Source of the DNA: Azolla caroliniana
Lineage: Eukaryota; Plantae; Polypodiophyta
Length of the DNA: 64,000 nucleotides
Assembly: GCA_043228905.1 (NCBI GenBank)
Contig: JBHGNT010000004.1
Coordinates: forward strand, 23,436,001 to 23,500,000
Direction of reading: 5' to 3'
The notes under the pieces are model-generated. The model did no database searches and was not told where the DNA came from. It saw only the letters and a list, made by a program, of their open reading frames with translations. Within the stretch, counting starts at the first letter, position 1, and every line of letters starts with the position of its first letter. Below are positions 23,337 through 38,762 of the stretch, in pieces. Made by a program: the position numbers and the translations under genes.

Positions 23337-24209
23337 ATTATTGTTCTAGAGATCAAATATGACATATAGGACAAAGTGAAACGTGCTCAATAATTTTACT
23401 AATAAACGTTGCAATTGAGAGTGTACATGGTGATTTTGAGAGGAATATCTTGTGAGTGGTTTGGATAGGTAATGTGTGAAAAGCAAACTCAAGTGTAGTT
23501 GAATGTGCGGTGCATTGCATCAAAGTGTAATATTCCTGAACTTATTTAGGTAATGAGTCACCATAGTTGTGACTTGAAATCGAAGAGAATATGCCAACTA
23601 AGTATTTTGGAAGCAATCGTGTGGATAGCGAACAAATGGATGGGCTCTTGCATGAATTGTTGAGTGTCGTTCCATTGTTCAAAAAAGATGAAGATTTTGT
23701 AGTTTGGTGTAACATATGCAATATAATGTGTGAAACATGAGCCTCAACATCTTTCCCAATTCATGATACATTGACATTTCAAAAAAGAACTCATTCACAT
23801 AGGAATGTATTGATGCTTCGTGAAGTAAATGATGTCGTCCATTTTCCAAACCATTTCTTTCTAATATACATCCATCTGTAACCCAAAATTTTGTTTTTAT
23901 GTGTCTTTTGATTGTTTTTTACTTCAAAAGCAATCCTAGGAAGTTAATGCAAGGGCCTTTTTTTAACCTTAAACATGCATGCAACAACTCTTTCCATGGC
24001 TATGATCTCGCCTACAAGAAAGGAGACTTGTTTGGCAAATCAAGGAGAAGATATAAATCTTGTAAAATGTGGAAGAAATAAAATGTAATCTCAAAACATA
24101 TCATCATTTAACTATTTAATTGAATTAATCCTCAATATGTTTTGGTGTGCAAATATGATGTCTTGGTATAGACGTTAAAAACACACAAGGCATGTGTTTG
24201 ACAAGCAAG

Positions 24210-26207
24210 CTATTCGTACTGTTAAAGCGTGTATTAGGGGATTTCTTTGGGCTGGGATGAGGAAAGACAATGCGGCAGCCAAAGTATCATGGTCCACATT
24301 GATTCTTCCCAAGAGTAAGGGGGGTTTAGGATTAGTTGACCCTGGATTGCAGAGTTAGGCATTGTTATGTAAGATATTGGTAAGAAGCTTGCTACCTGGT
24401 GATGAGTTATGGAAAACATTGATACATAATAGGAGCATGCTATGGAGTCCAAGACTGGGTGGGCAATGGAAGTCACACAAAGCGTGGCCTTTTTGCATGG
24501 ACTTAAAATTGAGGAAATCTAACTGATTGGCTGATCGTACTTGTATGTCAGTGATGCAGGCGTGGAGTATGCTTCGTGGGCATCTAAGTCGGAATCGTCC
24601 AAGTACTAGTGCTGAATGGATGCGCCAACCCCTATTGTGGAACGAGACCGTGCAATCGCCAGAAGGAATGATGCTTGGACAAAGCAAGCGCATGCCGTGG
24701 GCTATATTGCATTGTCTAGGGATACACTCAGTGGCTGATTGGCTGCGGCTGTCCGACAGTAATCGTGATCAATTATATGAAGACATGGGAAAGGTCAGAA
24801 ATGGCAGAAAGATGCTTGACGTAGTCAATACAACTGTCTCCTCGCTTCCTATTGGTAATGAGGAAGAGGGTGAATGGTGTGGCCAATGTGATGGTACCGG
24901 AAATATTATCAATGTCAGGGGTCTAGGAAAGAGTGGGAAGACCGTCCTGATGGGATTATTAGATGAAAGTACAGGCTGGTACCCTATTAGAATTGTGGCA
25001 AGACACGGAAAGAAATGGAAGGTGAATCCACCAGTCGAAGAGGTCGAGGAGGATTGGATCTTGTACGTGGTTGAAGGCAAGCCTCTCGAGCGCGTAGAAT
25101 GGGATCCCGCTGAATATAGGTGGAAGGGAGAACAAGCTAAATCACTAGGTTTCTTCGAATACTCGACGCACTTGGGGAGAAAGTTAGGTTCGTATCGTGA
25201 GAAATGTGCCAACAAGTGGACCCATGCAGCTATCGATTCAGTCTTCGTGGATAGAACAAGGAGCAGGATATGGAACTCATCCCTTCCCGAGCGGATCAAA
25301 GTGTTTTTCTAGTTAATCACCCATCGGGCTGTTCCAACGGGAGAGTGGCTTGGGAATAGAGGCGGCATGAGTGGTTGCAAGGCGTGTAGTGCGAGCTTGG
25401 AGGACATCACTCATTGTTTGTGGTGTTGCCCACGAGCGCAAGAAATCTGGCCGAGGAGCTTAAGAATCTTGGCTCGTTTTGGGGTTGAGGTTCATGTATC
25501 GAGCGCAGCAATCACTTGGTTGGCCACTGAATCGGCCTCGTGGTTTCAAGGGTGGAATGGAAACAGTCCTTCTTTAATGGTGAAGCAAGGATCTGTGCAA
25601 CCAGCAACGCAAGGAGGTTTATTCTTCTTACAAGAACGCTACGTGGACATATGGGTATTAGTGGTCGGCCTTACGGTCTGGCAAGTGTGGGTATCTCGGT
25701 GCAAGGAGACCCTCGCAGGTAAACGAACCCCACCGGCTGAGAATTTAATGATGATATGGTTTAATCTTATTTCTACGTTGCGAGGTGAGTTTGAAAATCT
25801 TCAAGGGCCATCTGATGCAAGTGAAGAAGCTAGAGCTCGATTCCTTCGAAAATGGAGCGGTTCGTCAATGCTGCAGATAATGGATGGTAAAGTGAAGTGG
25901 AATTATCAACCACCGCGGTGGCTGTTCCCTCCAAGTGTTCCTAACATCTAGATGGGTGCTGCCATGAGGAGCGAATGGAGGACATCTATGTTGAATTCTG
26001 TTTTGTATGAGGCTCACGTGGAGAATATGTGTTCGAGTAATGCTATACACATAGAATGATGTGGTGTTTTGGAGTTGTTTTTTTTATGTTGTTTCATCTA
26101 CACATTGTTTACCTTTGACATGCAAGATGTCTTGTAAGATATGAGTTGTAAACGATTCCTTTGTACATTCTTAACTAATGGAAGTAGATGTTTTTGGAAA
26201 AAAAAAA
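24210..26207 (+). mobile_element. L1-like LINE, ~2 kb 3' portion of ORF2 + 3'UTR + poly(A)
   Basis: FLWAG...AKVSWSTLILPK-KGGLG post-RT motif; RIWNSSLPERIKVF; CKACSASLEDITHCLWCC zf-RVT; WQVWVSRC; WNYQPPRWLFPP; A-tail ~26198. Confidence 0.88.
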
Positions 26208-26422
26208 CAACTATCAATATCATATGGGCATTATAAAGAGAAAATTTTGGAACTATCCGTTATCTTAGAAAGGTCATGGTAATGTACAAGAATTTTCTCA
26301 AAAACACATCAATTAAAGATTTTGTCTTTTTGTTTACAATATAGTAGACGCACTTTAGAAAAAACCAAAGAAGCCACACAACCTTCTGCAAAGACTCCAC
26401 ATGACCATTGTTTAACTTAATA

Positions 26423-27256
26423 CAATAGACATTCGGTTAAGTGTGTGCCCACTTAAGTGCACCATTCTATTAAGTGCGCCTTATATAGAGGTCAAAATCC
26501 AAATAAAAAAATTTACATTGTTTCATGATGAAATTACATTAAACCAAATTCAAACTATGTTCCAAACATTCAGAAACAACAAAAGGAGTTTCTCTATGTA
26601 TGTGTATGTCTATGTGTGTGTCATGTGTTCTACGTGTGTGTGTGTTTACGATTACGAGTCTGTGATTTTGATTCTTGATTAAAGAACATAAGCAAAGAAG
26701 GGCAAACAATTCTTGATGATTGTGAATAGTCAAGTTTTTGCAGCGATTGGTCGCTCTCCTTCTCCATGTGCAACAAAACTTCTGCCTCCCTCTCTCTTTC
26801 TATGCATCTTGTTTTTTCTCAAAGATGATAGAAGTTGCAAATTGTGATTTGTCCATTGCTCCCCCACTCTCTTTTCATGTCTCCTCCATCTGCACTTCGA
26901 TTCCTCAAACCTGCCGCCACTAGGAAGAACATGCAAGAAAAAAACTCATCGCATCCAAGGAAGTTCATTAGTTTTGTTGCATAATGGATGTATTCCTCAG
27001 ATGTGGCAAAAAGGTGAAAACTAAAGGTAATCTAGAATCGAGAAAGAAACTAAAGAGTATGTATGCATAAACGTTTTAGGTCAATTATATCACGTAAATT
27101 GATCACTTTTCTTATCAAGAATTGTATGATTAGAGCACAAAAGGAAAATATTTCTGAAAACCCTTAAATGTTTTAGAAAACCTCTAAGTGTGCAGCTCGA
27201 TTAAGTGCGCACTTCTTCCTTGCGTTCAAAGTGCGCACTTAACCGAATGTCTATTG
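26423..27256. mobile_element. Tc1/mariner (pogo-like) non-autonomous element
   Basis: Perfect 21-bp TIRs caatagacattcggttaagtg / cacttaaccgaatgtctattg, TA on both sides, subterminal 'ttaagtgc' repeats. A related fragment lies at ~36690-36790. Confidence 0.88.
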
Positions 27257-30200
27257 TATAGTGATGGTATTTTTCCCATTAAAAAACAAGATCATGGCTC
27301 TATAAAAACAGGATTGAAAATGATCACAATACATCTTTATTCTTTTCCTCTACCTTGCTGATATCCTCTCCATCGAAGTCTTCTATACATTGAGAGTTCT
27401 CCTTCGCACAATCTTCCAAAGCATTTGCCACACACCTCAAATGGTTCGAAGTTATGAACTCTACAGTTGAAACTTGATACCATATGATCTAGATTTTCCC
27501 CACGAACGTGTGTTTCTTAGCATTTGCCACAATCGCATCCTCTAATGCATAAAATTTTAAAATTTGAGTGAACACCACACCCCCTCGTTTCTATCTATAC
27601 AAAAAAAATCATCCATCTCATTCCTCATTGCAGACATAAATTTGTAGGTTCACACTTTGATTCCCTACCTCCAATTGAGGCCTTATTCACAATGGAGACA
27701 TTATTTGTGACCTTTAGTTGATAGCCTTTGAATATATTATTGCTAGAGTAGGCTCACTGTATAAAAATAAGTTGTGATTTGGCAAGTGGGACGAAGAATG
27801 GTACCGTTTTTATTATCAATGATAGAATTGTGATTCTTGATATTAACATGGGTGGTTTTGATATTACCGTCATGTTTCTCCATTTCATTACAAACCTTCA
27901 ATATCTATGTTTGTGAGTGTTTTGTCTATAAGTTAGTCTACTTAGAATTAGGTGGAATATTACTTGCTATCACCAGAAGAGTTAATGCTTACATATATGT
28001 AGATCCACTAGGAAACAACTATTTTAGTATTAAATTGTATTGTTAGTAATGGTAAACCGTAATGCATATAATTATTTTAGATGAAGTGCCACAAAATGAA
28101 TGTTGGTGTACAAAATAGAATGGGAACAATATGTTGTTTCATGTTGATGAAAGTTGTTTGATACAATCATTGCGGTATAAAAGATGAATATATTAAAATG
28201 TAAAACAAATTTGATTTTTTCTTTACTTTCAAACTCTTTACCAAAAGTTCACTTGTAGCAAATAGAAACAATATTACAAACTCACTACATATAGTGTAGT
28301 GAGAATCTATAGATGGCTTTGTCGGGTGGGAATATGTGTTTCGTATGAATGCAATTTCTTTTCACATTATGCTTTATTATGCCATTTCATGTATTTTATC
28401 AATCAGTTCCAAAGGCACAATAAGAAATTTGAACATGTTCAACTTTATAGTTTAGGTATATAAAATAGCGATAAAGGAAATTTTACACAATTATGTTAGA
28501 ATGGAACCCTTTGGATGCATGTGGCCTCTAGATGTGAGCCCTTGACTAGATCATAAAAAAACGCGTGCTAATTGGAAATGGAGATACTGTCAAGGATATA
28601 ACTATGATGGACATGTATAGCCTCATTACCTCCCATTAGCAAGAGGCAAATATATATGGGCATCCATGCCCATAACTTCTATAGGGAGCTTCATCATGGT
28701 CAACACAAATCTACGTAATTTGAAGGAACTAAAATATATGATATGCATAAGGCTACCTCTACGCATAGTATGCAAGTGTTTTGGACAGACTATCATGATG
28801 CTCACAACCATTAATTATATTAGTTGATGTACATGTGTAGAAAGAATATCTCTCATATTTTGTGCCTTGCCAATTAGCGTAAACATAAAATGTTCCATTT
28901 GTTCGATATTGCATCTACACTTTATTCTATTATTCACATTTGTGGACTTTATGGCGTTTACACGATAACTTCCATTGTTCAATATTGAATCTCAAACTTA
29001 TTAAATTATTCGATATTACCGTTTATGAAGAAATTTGGTGTGGGACCCCCTAATCATTTACTTCAAATGAAAGCCATAGTTGATATTATGATAATGAGAC
29101 TTCTTGTGTTGACTCACGTATGTAGATAGAAAGTATGAGAGTCTATGGAACTTTGAACCATGTAATGGTAATGGATAAACCTTATCATTAAAACATGTAT
29201 ACCTCAATTGTAAAACGGCTCTCATGCTTTATAAGTAAGACCGTAAGACGTGTGAAAATGGATAAAAACGCTTTATCCACTATTGTATTTATCTTCTCAA
29301 GCCTTAAATAAAGTAAAGGGAAAATGATAACTATCACAAATACAATACAAATTTCCAATATTCCACCTTCGAAGAATATGTGAAATTTACGAGTGTGAAC
29401 ATATATGGTGGAAAGACCCTACAACTTTGACCATTTACAAGGTTCATAGGAATGCAATGTTCTTTACAAACTCAAATTATATGAGTCCTTAATGGATGTG
29501 CATGAGTTTTTGCCTCACACGTTGTAATGCAAATCCACAATATATATATTTCTTAATGGTGTTGTCTCCACCCAAAATCCTCGATTGGTATTTTCTGCCA
29601 AAACTCCTTAATGCAAACATGCTCACCCCATATTTCGTGCAATAAATGATTTCCACAACTTCATCATGAAATCCTTTTTGAGGATTGTCTGATGTCTTCT
29701 TTACAAAGGCATCCTTATTCGATGATTTTAAATATCTTATTATTATACACACACACACACACACACACCCACACACACACCCACATAATATTGGTGAGAG
29801 GCGCAACATTTATCAAATAAAAAAGGAGTGTTACACATTGTCATACATGTGAGGAGAGTATTAATATTAGGCACATGATGATGATGGGGGGCATGGAAAG
29901 CTTCAGTTGCGAACACTGAGAAACTTCAATGTTAAATGGTGCACACACACACACAGTGTTGATATGTATCCGTATGACAAACGCCTTTGTTGATAACAAA
30001 AGCACGCCATGTCGAAGAGCGGAGAGAACGGGAAGGAAAAGAGTCGGAGGGGGCGATTTGACATGTCAACTTTCAACTTTTTTGAAAAGCTTTTCCGTAA
30101 GAGGGACAAACAACTTGTTCTATCCCGGGTTTGTGGAGAGAAAGGGTCCATGGGACTTTAAACATAAAAAAAAAATAACGATGAGATGGATGGAAAAAAT

Positions 30201-30444
30201 ATATCAAATAAAGACTCGTGGGATCGTCGGATCGAAAACTCGTGAGACACAAGAGAAGAGTCTAAAGAATGAGTGGGGAAAATGGTTTCTTCGCTCTTTT
30301 TTGCTTATAAAACTCAAGCAATTTGGGGGTGATCATGGGGACAATTTCATAGATAAACCAAAACTAAACTTGTGGGAAGATAAAGCCACAGAGAAAGAAA
30401 GAAAGATATATTAACGTCTTCTAAGACCAAAATTGGGCCATGAG

Positions 30445-31352
<908 letters not shown>

Positions 31353-31573
31353 TGAAACCAGAGGACCTGAGACCTCTTTTGAGTTTTCTTGAAATCCTCT
31401 TCTTTCTTCTGCTTTCTTCTTCTTCTTCTTCCTCTGCCTCTTTCTTTCTTTCTTTTCTGTCTGTCTTCTTCTTCTTCTTCTTCTTTCTTCTTCATCTTCT
31501 GTCTTCTTTCTTCTTTCTGTGTTTTTGGGGGTTTTGATTCTTCTGCTGTGCTGTGGAGGTCCTTTGCTTAGCT

Positions 31574-33882
31574 ATGGCGGCAGGAGGCTTCGTGAGCGGC
31601 GCTGCCGACGCGCGTGACTACCCGGGCCGCGCAACTTTCTTCGTCATCGTCTCCTGCATCATGGCCGCCAGCGGAGGCCTCATTTTTGGTTATGACATTG
31701 GAATCTCAGGTTAATATATGCACACCTCCTACCTCCATAGTTTCAGTTAGTATTGCTCCCACAGATCGATCATTCATTCTTCCAATATCTCTGTATCTGT
31801 TCTTCTCTTCTTGATTTCCTGTTATTGTTACCTGAATGCATTTTCTTATTGATGATGATTCTCTCTGATCACATCACAGGAGGTGTCACCGGAATGGATG
31901 ATTTCCTGTCCAAATTCTTCCCCGATGTCTACCTCAAGTCTCATCTTCTGGCGGATGAAAACACGAACGAGTACTGCAAATTCGACAGTCAGAAGCTGAC
32001 CTCGTTCACATCATCGCTGTATCTGGCAGGTCTCGTGGCCTCATTCGTGGCCTCCACTGTGACCCGGAGATTTGGGCGGAAGCCCTCCATGTTGGCCGGA
32101 GGCCTGAGCTTCCTGGCCGGGGCGGCCCTCAATGGCGCTGCAGAGAACATCGCCATGCTCATCATAGGCCGCATCTTGCTTGGCGTTGGTGTAGGGTTCG
32201 CGAATCAGGTATGTATTGCTCAAGAATCAAATAATAGATACTTTGGCTAATCTTTCCTTTCTGTACTGAATCCGTTCTTTCCCATGCCCTTTCCTTCTCA
32301 TCTAACGCCATCGAATTTTATCTTGCTTTCTTCCTGTTTTCCCCCCCTCCCCTATCCTTCACAGTCTGTCCCCCTCTACCTGTCTGAGATGGCTCCTGCC
32401 AAATACAGAGGCGCACTCAACATCATGTTCCAGCTCGCCATTACATTTGGGATCTTGTGTGCCAATCTCATCAATTATGGTACTCAGAAGATAACCCCAT
32501 GGGGTTGGAGGCTCTCCCTAGGCCTCGCCGCCGTCCCTGCCATCATCATGACGGTCGGATCGGCCCTCTTACCAGACACGCCCAACAGCATGATCGAGCG
32601 GGGCGAGCGCGAGAAGGGCAAGCTGATGCTTCAGAAGATCAGAGGGATCAAAGATGTGAGCATGGAGTATGATGACATTGTGCAGGCGAGCGAGACCGCG
32701 AAGCTGGTCGAGCACCCGTGGAGGAACATACTAGAGCGCCGTTACCGGCCCCACCTGGTCATGGCCATCATGATCCCCGTCTTCCAGCAACTCACAGGGA
32801 TCAATGCCATCATGTTCTATGCCCCGGTCCTCTTCCAGACCATCGGCTTCACGAATGATGCCGCGCTCTACTCGGCCGTCATTACGGGCGGCGTGAACGT
32901 GCTGGCCACGTTCGTGTCCATCGCTGTGGTCGACAAAGTTGGGCGCCGTACCCTCTTCTTGGAGGCTGGGGTTCAGATGTTCATCGCGCAGGTAAAACAA
33001 AAAAGAAAGGAACAAACACAATACATATGAGGAAAGAGCAAGTAAATGTAAATTGGGACAAAAAAAAATTTTAGATCCAAGAAGATGTGGAAGGATGGAT
33101 GGGTTTTCCTTTGATTTCCTTGAATTGCATTTTGCATTTTGTTGTTTGTTTTGTTTGGGTTTTCTGAGCATTTGATAAAGTAGGGTTCCAATCAAATATA
33201 TAATTGCTGGGAAGTCAACTATATTCAATGATATATGTAGTTATATTTATGTAAGTAGTAATTGGCTGTCTTTCAAAGTATGTTGTAGTAGTAGGTCACA
33301 ACACAATCAAAGAAAAGCTCTTTGTTTTCTTTTTAATTAAATGTTTTGCATTCATATTGAATGCCTCCCCCCAGTCAGTAAAATCACCCCCCATGCCCTC
33401 GTGTACATATATGTGTGCAGGTGGTGATTGGTACTATCCTAGGGATCAAGTTCGGGCTCCAAGGTACAGGGTCCATTGACAAAGTGTGGGCGATTGTTGT
33501 GGTGGTTGTCATATGTGTCTATGTGTCGGCATTCGCTTGGTCGTGGGGCCCGCTCGGGTGGCTTGTGCCGAGCGAGATATTCCCGCTCGAGATCCGCTCG
33601 GCTGGCCAAGCAATAAACGTGTCGGTCAACCTGCTCTTCACCTTCATCATCGCGCAGGCATTCCTCGCCATGTTGTGCCATTTCAAGTTCGGCATCTTCC
33701 TCTTCTTCGCGGGCTGGGTGATCATCATGTCCCTTTTCATCTACTTCTTCTTGCCGGAGACGAAGAATGTACCCATTGAGGAGATGGACCGTGTGTGGCG
33801 TGCTCATCCCTTTTGGACCCGATTCATCCCTCCTCCGGACGATAAGAATGATCTTGAGATCACTAATGCGCCTCAACATTAG
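31574..33882 (+). CDS. STP: Sugar transport protein (STP/MST), 4 exons, ~517 aa
   Basis: Exons 31574-31709, 31880-32208, 32365-32991, 33421-33882 with GT-AG introns; same STP motifs as the 6375-8241 gene and high similarity to it. Confidence 0.96.
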
Positions 33883-36800
33883 CTTTTTAGCTTAACCTAG
33901 CCTAGCTTCTTCTTGTCCCCTTGTACTTGTTTCGTTTTTATTTTGTTTTTCACTCCTCTCTTTAACATATGTTAATTCATTCTTTTTGTAGCCACAATAC
34001 AATACCTTTGTGCAAATGGCAAACTAAAAAATGAAAAACCTTCTTGTCTAATCTTTTTACAAAGAACTATGTATGTGGGCTTTAGTTTAAGTTGCTCTCA
34101 TTCCCGAAGGGTCAGATCTCTAGTGCATGTCTTTGCTCGACAATGAATATGCTCATGTACTTGTGCTCTCGTTCTCTATCCACAACATACATACATACAC
34201 ACTCTCGCTGTTGAACGGAACATATCTAGGTTTTGCATTCATTATAGAAGCAATGTTTCCATGATATCGACATCATGAGAATACAAATGTGGATAAGATA
34301 GTGACACCAACCATCTATCTATGTGTACGAGATATTTTGGCCAGAAGATACTTCCGTAAGCTTGTTTCTTTAGTATATATTCTTGAAATGAGTAATGATA
34401 TCATGACATGATGTTGAAAAATTGAGCAAATCTTGACTTAAGCCCTCTTTGAAAAATGGACGAAATCTTGGCCCCACAAGAAATGACTTTTCAACAGGTC
34501 CCTTAACCTAGATAAGTTGTACAGAAAAATCATTAAAAGAAGCCACCATATTGCTGCACCTCAGGTATTACATTCTTCAACACTTTGGGCACACATTAGT
34601 ATTGAATATTCAAAACATGTTTCTATCAATCTTGCCTTTATAATGCAATATTACATATTTCCAATCTTTGTCCAAATTTCTAAAAATTTGCTACTTGTGT
34701 GCCCCCTCATTTAATTGAATACCAAAACTTGGGTGTTTAGCTTGTCTCTTTAGATTCATATATCACATTAGATTTGCAGTTTCTCATTATGTACAATTAC
34801 ATATCATCACAGAGCTTTAGAGTCATCATATTCACATTGACCTTTTATGAAGTTCTAATGATACACAAAGTTTGTTGAGAATAAGATGAGTGATCATTAT
34901 GCTTCAGGGTCAATATGACATAAGTTATAACATAAGTTGACAAATTGAGGCATAAAGTAGAGGCCCGAAAAGATAACAAGAATCAAAGGAGTGATCATCA
35001 AAGCATGTAGCCAATATGCCATTAAACATAAGATGAAAAGTTGACGCCATATAGTATAACCTCGAAAATATACACAAAGAAGTGTATGTGACATTTACTT
35101 GTTGCTTCTATATGTGATACATCGCTCTAATGACCCTCCAAAGAAGAGAGAAAGTTAATGATCTTAGTTTTCCCAAGATCGATCATGAGCACTCATTTAA
35201 AAAACAAAACAAATCTACCAATGTGTTTGCTATTTCATAAGGGTGGCTTCTCATAAATACATATACAATGTGAGAAGTGCAAAAGTATCAATCACTTATT
35301 TTTAACCACAATTTGATGTGTTTCCACTTCATAAGACTTTGAAAATTTCACAAAACAACAATAAAGACAGACAATATTTTGGAACTACACACTTTGGAAG
35401 CCCTACACTAGTACACTAGATTTATGTATGAAGACTCACGAGCACACACAAACAAAAACCCAAAATAGAAACTAGGGGTTGGTTGAATATCAAGTAGCCA
35501 AAGAGCATTTTGGTAATACTCTGTTTCATCAATGTGGCAAAAATAGAAGAATATGTAACTTTGGATTGCCAGACATATGCAGAAATCATGCATGCTTTCC
35601 AAAAATCCTTACGAGATTGGATATGATTTTAAGAACTTTTAAAAAGAATAGAACCGTCTCTTGAAGATAACACTCGGGAATGTTAAGAAGGAAGGAAGAA
35701 AATCCACACATCTATTCTAGCAAGAACTCAACCATGTTGGAATGCCCTTAATGTTTTGCCTTTTGGGGCAGGGTAATGGGGCAACAGAAAACATATAGAA
35801 TGTACCTTATATTAAAGGAAGTTAATTAGTTAGAGTAAGGTCTAAATTGAAGAATACCCAAGTATCTATATATGGCCCTATACGTAAGGGTCAAACTATG
35901 GCATTTGCTTTCAAATAAGTGGGCTATGGCACTATATATAGAGTGGCCCAAAATATACGAGTCTATTTTAAATGATGAAGTTTGCTTAGTTATTGGATTG
36001 ACCAATTAAAAGAAAATCGTAGAGTCCTTAATAATGATTAATATCCATTAATCATTTGAATGGACTAATTAATAAATTGTTAGTAAGTAGATTCTTAGTC
36101 GATCAAATTGTTATGCTTATATGATTGATATATGGATAACTTGAAGCCAACCACATGCTCTAGATTGGTCTTAAGCCCTTTTCCATACTCTTGCACTTTA
36201 CTCTAGACTTTGACTTAAACCATTCGAGATCTTCACGTCTTTCCATGATTGTTTATACATCTATTATATTCTCCAGTTCCTAGGATTGCTCATGGCCATA
36301 GTATATTCTCAAGTCTTCCACGCATGGTCACAAGCCTTTCCACAATAATGATAAGTTTTCTTGTAATTTTAAAAATGAAGCGTTAGTCTTAATATACTCA
36401 TTGGTCTATGTACATCATCATGTACTTTTGTTTTCATTGGGCTCTGGTTTAATCGTCTTAAGCAATATATAAGTAGCAAAGAGAATATGCATTTGTTGTG
36501 CTTTGGGTACTTGATAGTCTTCAGTGTTTTGCAAAACACCAAGAATTTTCATTTCAGGTGCTTTTGTCATAAGTCACATGACCTATGCAAATTATGATTG
36601 TCGCGAATTCATTGTGGGTTCTAATGAGATTGATGAGCATAAGGATCTTTGATCAACAATCAACTCCACAGATCAAAAGTGTGCCGTGGCCCATTCTATT
36701 AAGTGCACTTTTTATGGAGGCCAAAATCTAGATAAAAGAAGTTGCATTGTTTCATTATGTTCCAAACATTCAAAAAAATGATTCAACAAAAGACAGTTTT

Positions 36801-36993
36801 CGAAGTCTTTCTCTATTTCATACCAAATTCATGTAAGATTAATTTCTTACTATTGAAAAATAAACATAAGTTTGTTCAATTCTCCATTGCAATGTTTGGA
36901 AACTATTGCTACATTTTGATATTAATGTTACAATTACATATTGATAAAACATGCTTTACAATATGTAAATTCCTTCACACATGGTGATATAAT

Positions 36994-37706
36994 TGTTAGG
37001 AAACAGGTCCCTCCGGATGAGCAAACTCCTCGGCCGAAACCGGATGTGGAGTACCCAGCAACGGAACACCCGGTGAGAACCGGATGACGAGTACCCGGCA
37101 ACGGAAGACCCGATGAGAACCGGATGACGAGTACCCGGCAACGGAAGACCCGGTGAGAACCGGATGACGAGTACCCGACGACGGAAGACCCGGTGAGAAC
37201 CGGATGACGAGTACCCGGCAAGCGCCGGATGATGCAAGCTTGGTGAGGAGTGCTCACCGGATGAAGGGACATATTCGTAAATATGTTTTCTGAGAGTCCA
37301 CCGGGCTATATTTGTAAATAGCCGAAAAGTCATATTAGAATAAATATGACTTAGGGCAAACTTAGTGTAGTGGTTGTCATTCTTGTTGGTGCAAGATTGG
37401 AGTGCGTAACTGTGTACAGAGAGAGAGAGAGAGGAAGAGGTCGTTGCCTCTGTTGTAACTGCCGCCTGTGGCGAAGATAGCAAGCTCGAGGTCGTTGCCT
37501 CGGTGCTTTACTGTTGTACATTGTGATATAGTGATAGTTTGCAGTCTTTGGGCTGCCGTGGTTTTTCCCTAGTTTGGGTTTTCCACGTTAACATCATGTG
37601 TACTCTTCTCTTCTCTGTGTCGTGCATTCATTCCCCGTTTTCTGTGTTTGATTCTAAGCTCGGTTGTGGCCGAGCGTTGTTCATCCGGAGCATGTAGTTC
37701 CTGTCA
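36994..37706 (+). mobile_element. Solo LTR (713 bp) with internal 40-bp tandem array
   Basis: TGTTAG...TGTCA ends; 5-bp TSD ATAAT; 'ccgtggtttttccc' motif; closely related to 60143-60852. Confidence 0.9.
37035..37222. repeat. 40-bp tandem repeat inside the LTR
   Basis: gagaaccggatgacgagtacccggcaacggaagacccggt, ~4.5 copies. Confidence 0.92.
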
Positions 37707-38762
37707 ATAATATGGGAGCAATTCAAGCTGCAATTGGGAGCGATTAGAGTAGTCATCATTGTTATGGAAGCGATTAGAGTGGTTTTGGGGGCTCATTAAA
37801 GTCATGGAGCGATTGCTAGAGTGGTTGTGGGGGCTACGCTTTCTTCAACACTATGTCATTCCACACGTCTAAGGGTAAATGCTATTGAAAAATACTAAAG
37901 GAGCTTGCTTGAATGGTTATCCCTAACAATATTATTTCTTGTTATGGTGCCCACAAAGTAGTTGTGGTTACTACAATATACAAACCATTAGATGTTGTAT
38001 ATGTGGAACATAGGCTTAATGAAGTAGTTCAACACATCATTGTGCATGAGAAATATCATCAAACTACTAGCAGCATTGGTTTTAATTACACTATGGAAAG
38101 AAGAGGGTTTATTTGAATAATATCTCATCAAAAATCAATTGGACATATGGTTGCATTCTTTGCTTATTTGGCAATGAAGAGTATTCTTACACGCAATCAA
38201 GATATTGATGATATGCTTTCCACCATCTTGATATCATTAACGCAATTCATATATGTATATAAGATCTCCATGTCTATTTGGCAATGAAGAGTATTCTCAC
38301 ATGTAATCAAGATATTGATGATAGGCTTTCCTACATCTTGATGTCATCAATGCAAATCATATATATATGATCTCCTTTGACATGCAAAGCCCTTTCTAGA
38401 TTCATCATTTGTGTTGCATTGAAGTCTATCCATCACAATATAATAAAATTAGGAGAAGTTGTACACATCATTATGGGTCAATCGGTTGAAGAACCAAGCA
38501 CTCAATTGACACTAATATTTTTTTATATAGGACTAATATTGTTGGTGATAATATATCAAAATATATATGAATTTCATTTAATGGAATCATCATTTTTGAC
38601 ATGAATTAGTTGCAATATACAATAATATGTGACATGGGCATCCTACATGCATGTGTTGAAGTGACCTAATCCTCAATATGATATGCAAAGGTTCACCATT
38701 CTCACACAAAATCTACTTGTGATCAAGATTGGTTAATTAGGGGAATCAAAACAGACAATTGT

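Noticed and set aside
37035-37222. Regular 40-bp repeats resembling a CRISPR array (also 60225-60400)
   Set aside because: Head-to-tail repeats with no unique spacers, inside a solo LTR with TSD, in eukaryotic DNA with no cas genes.
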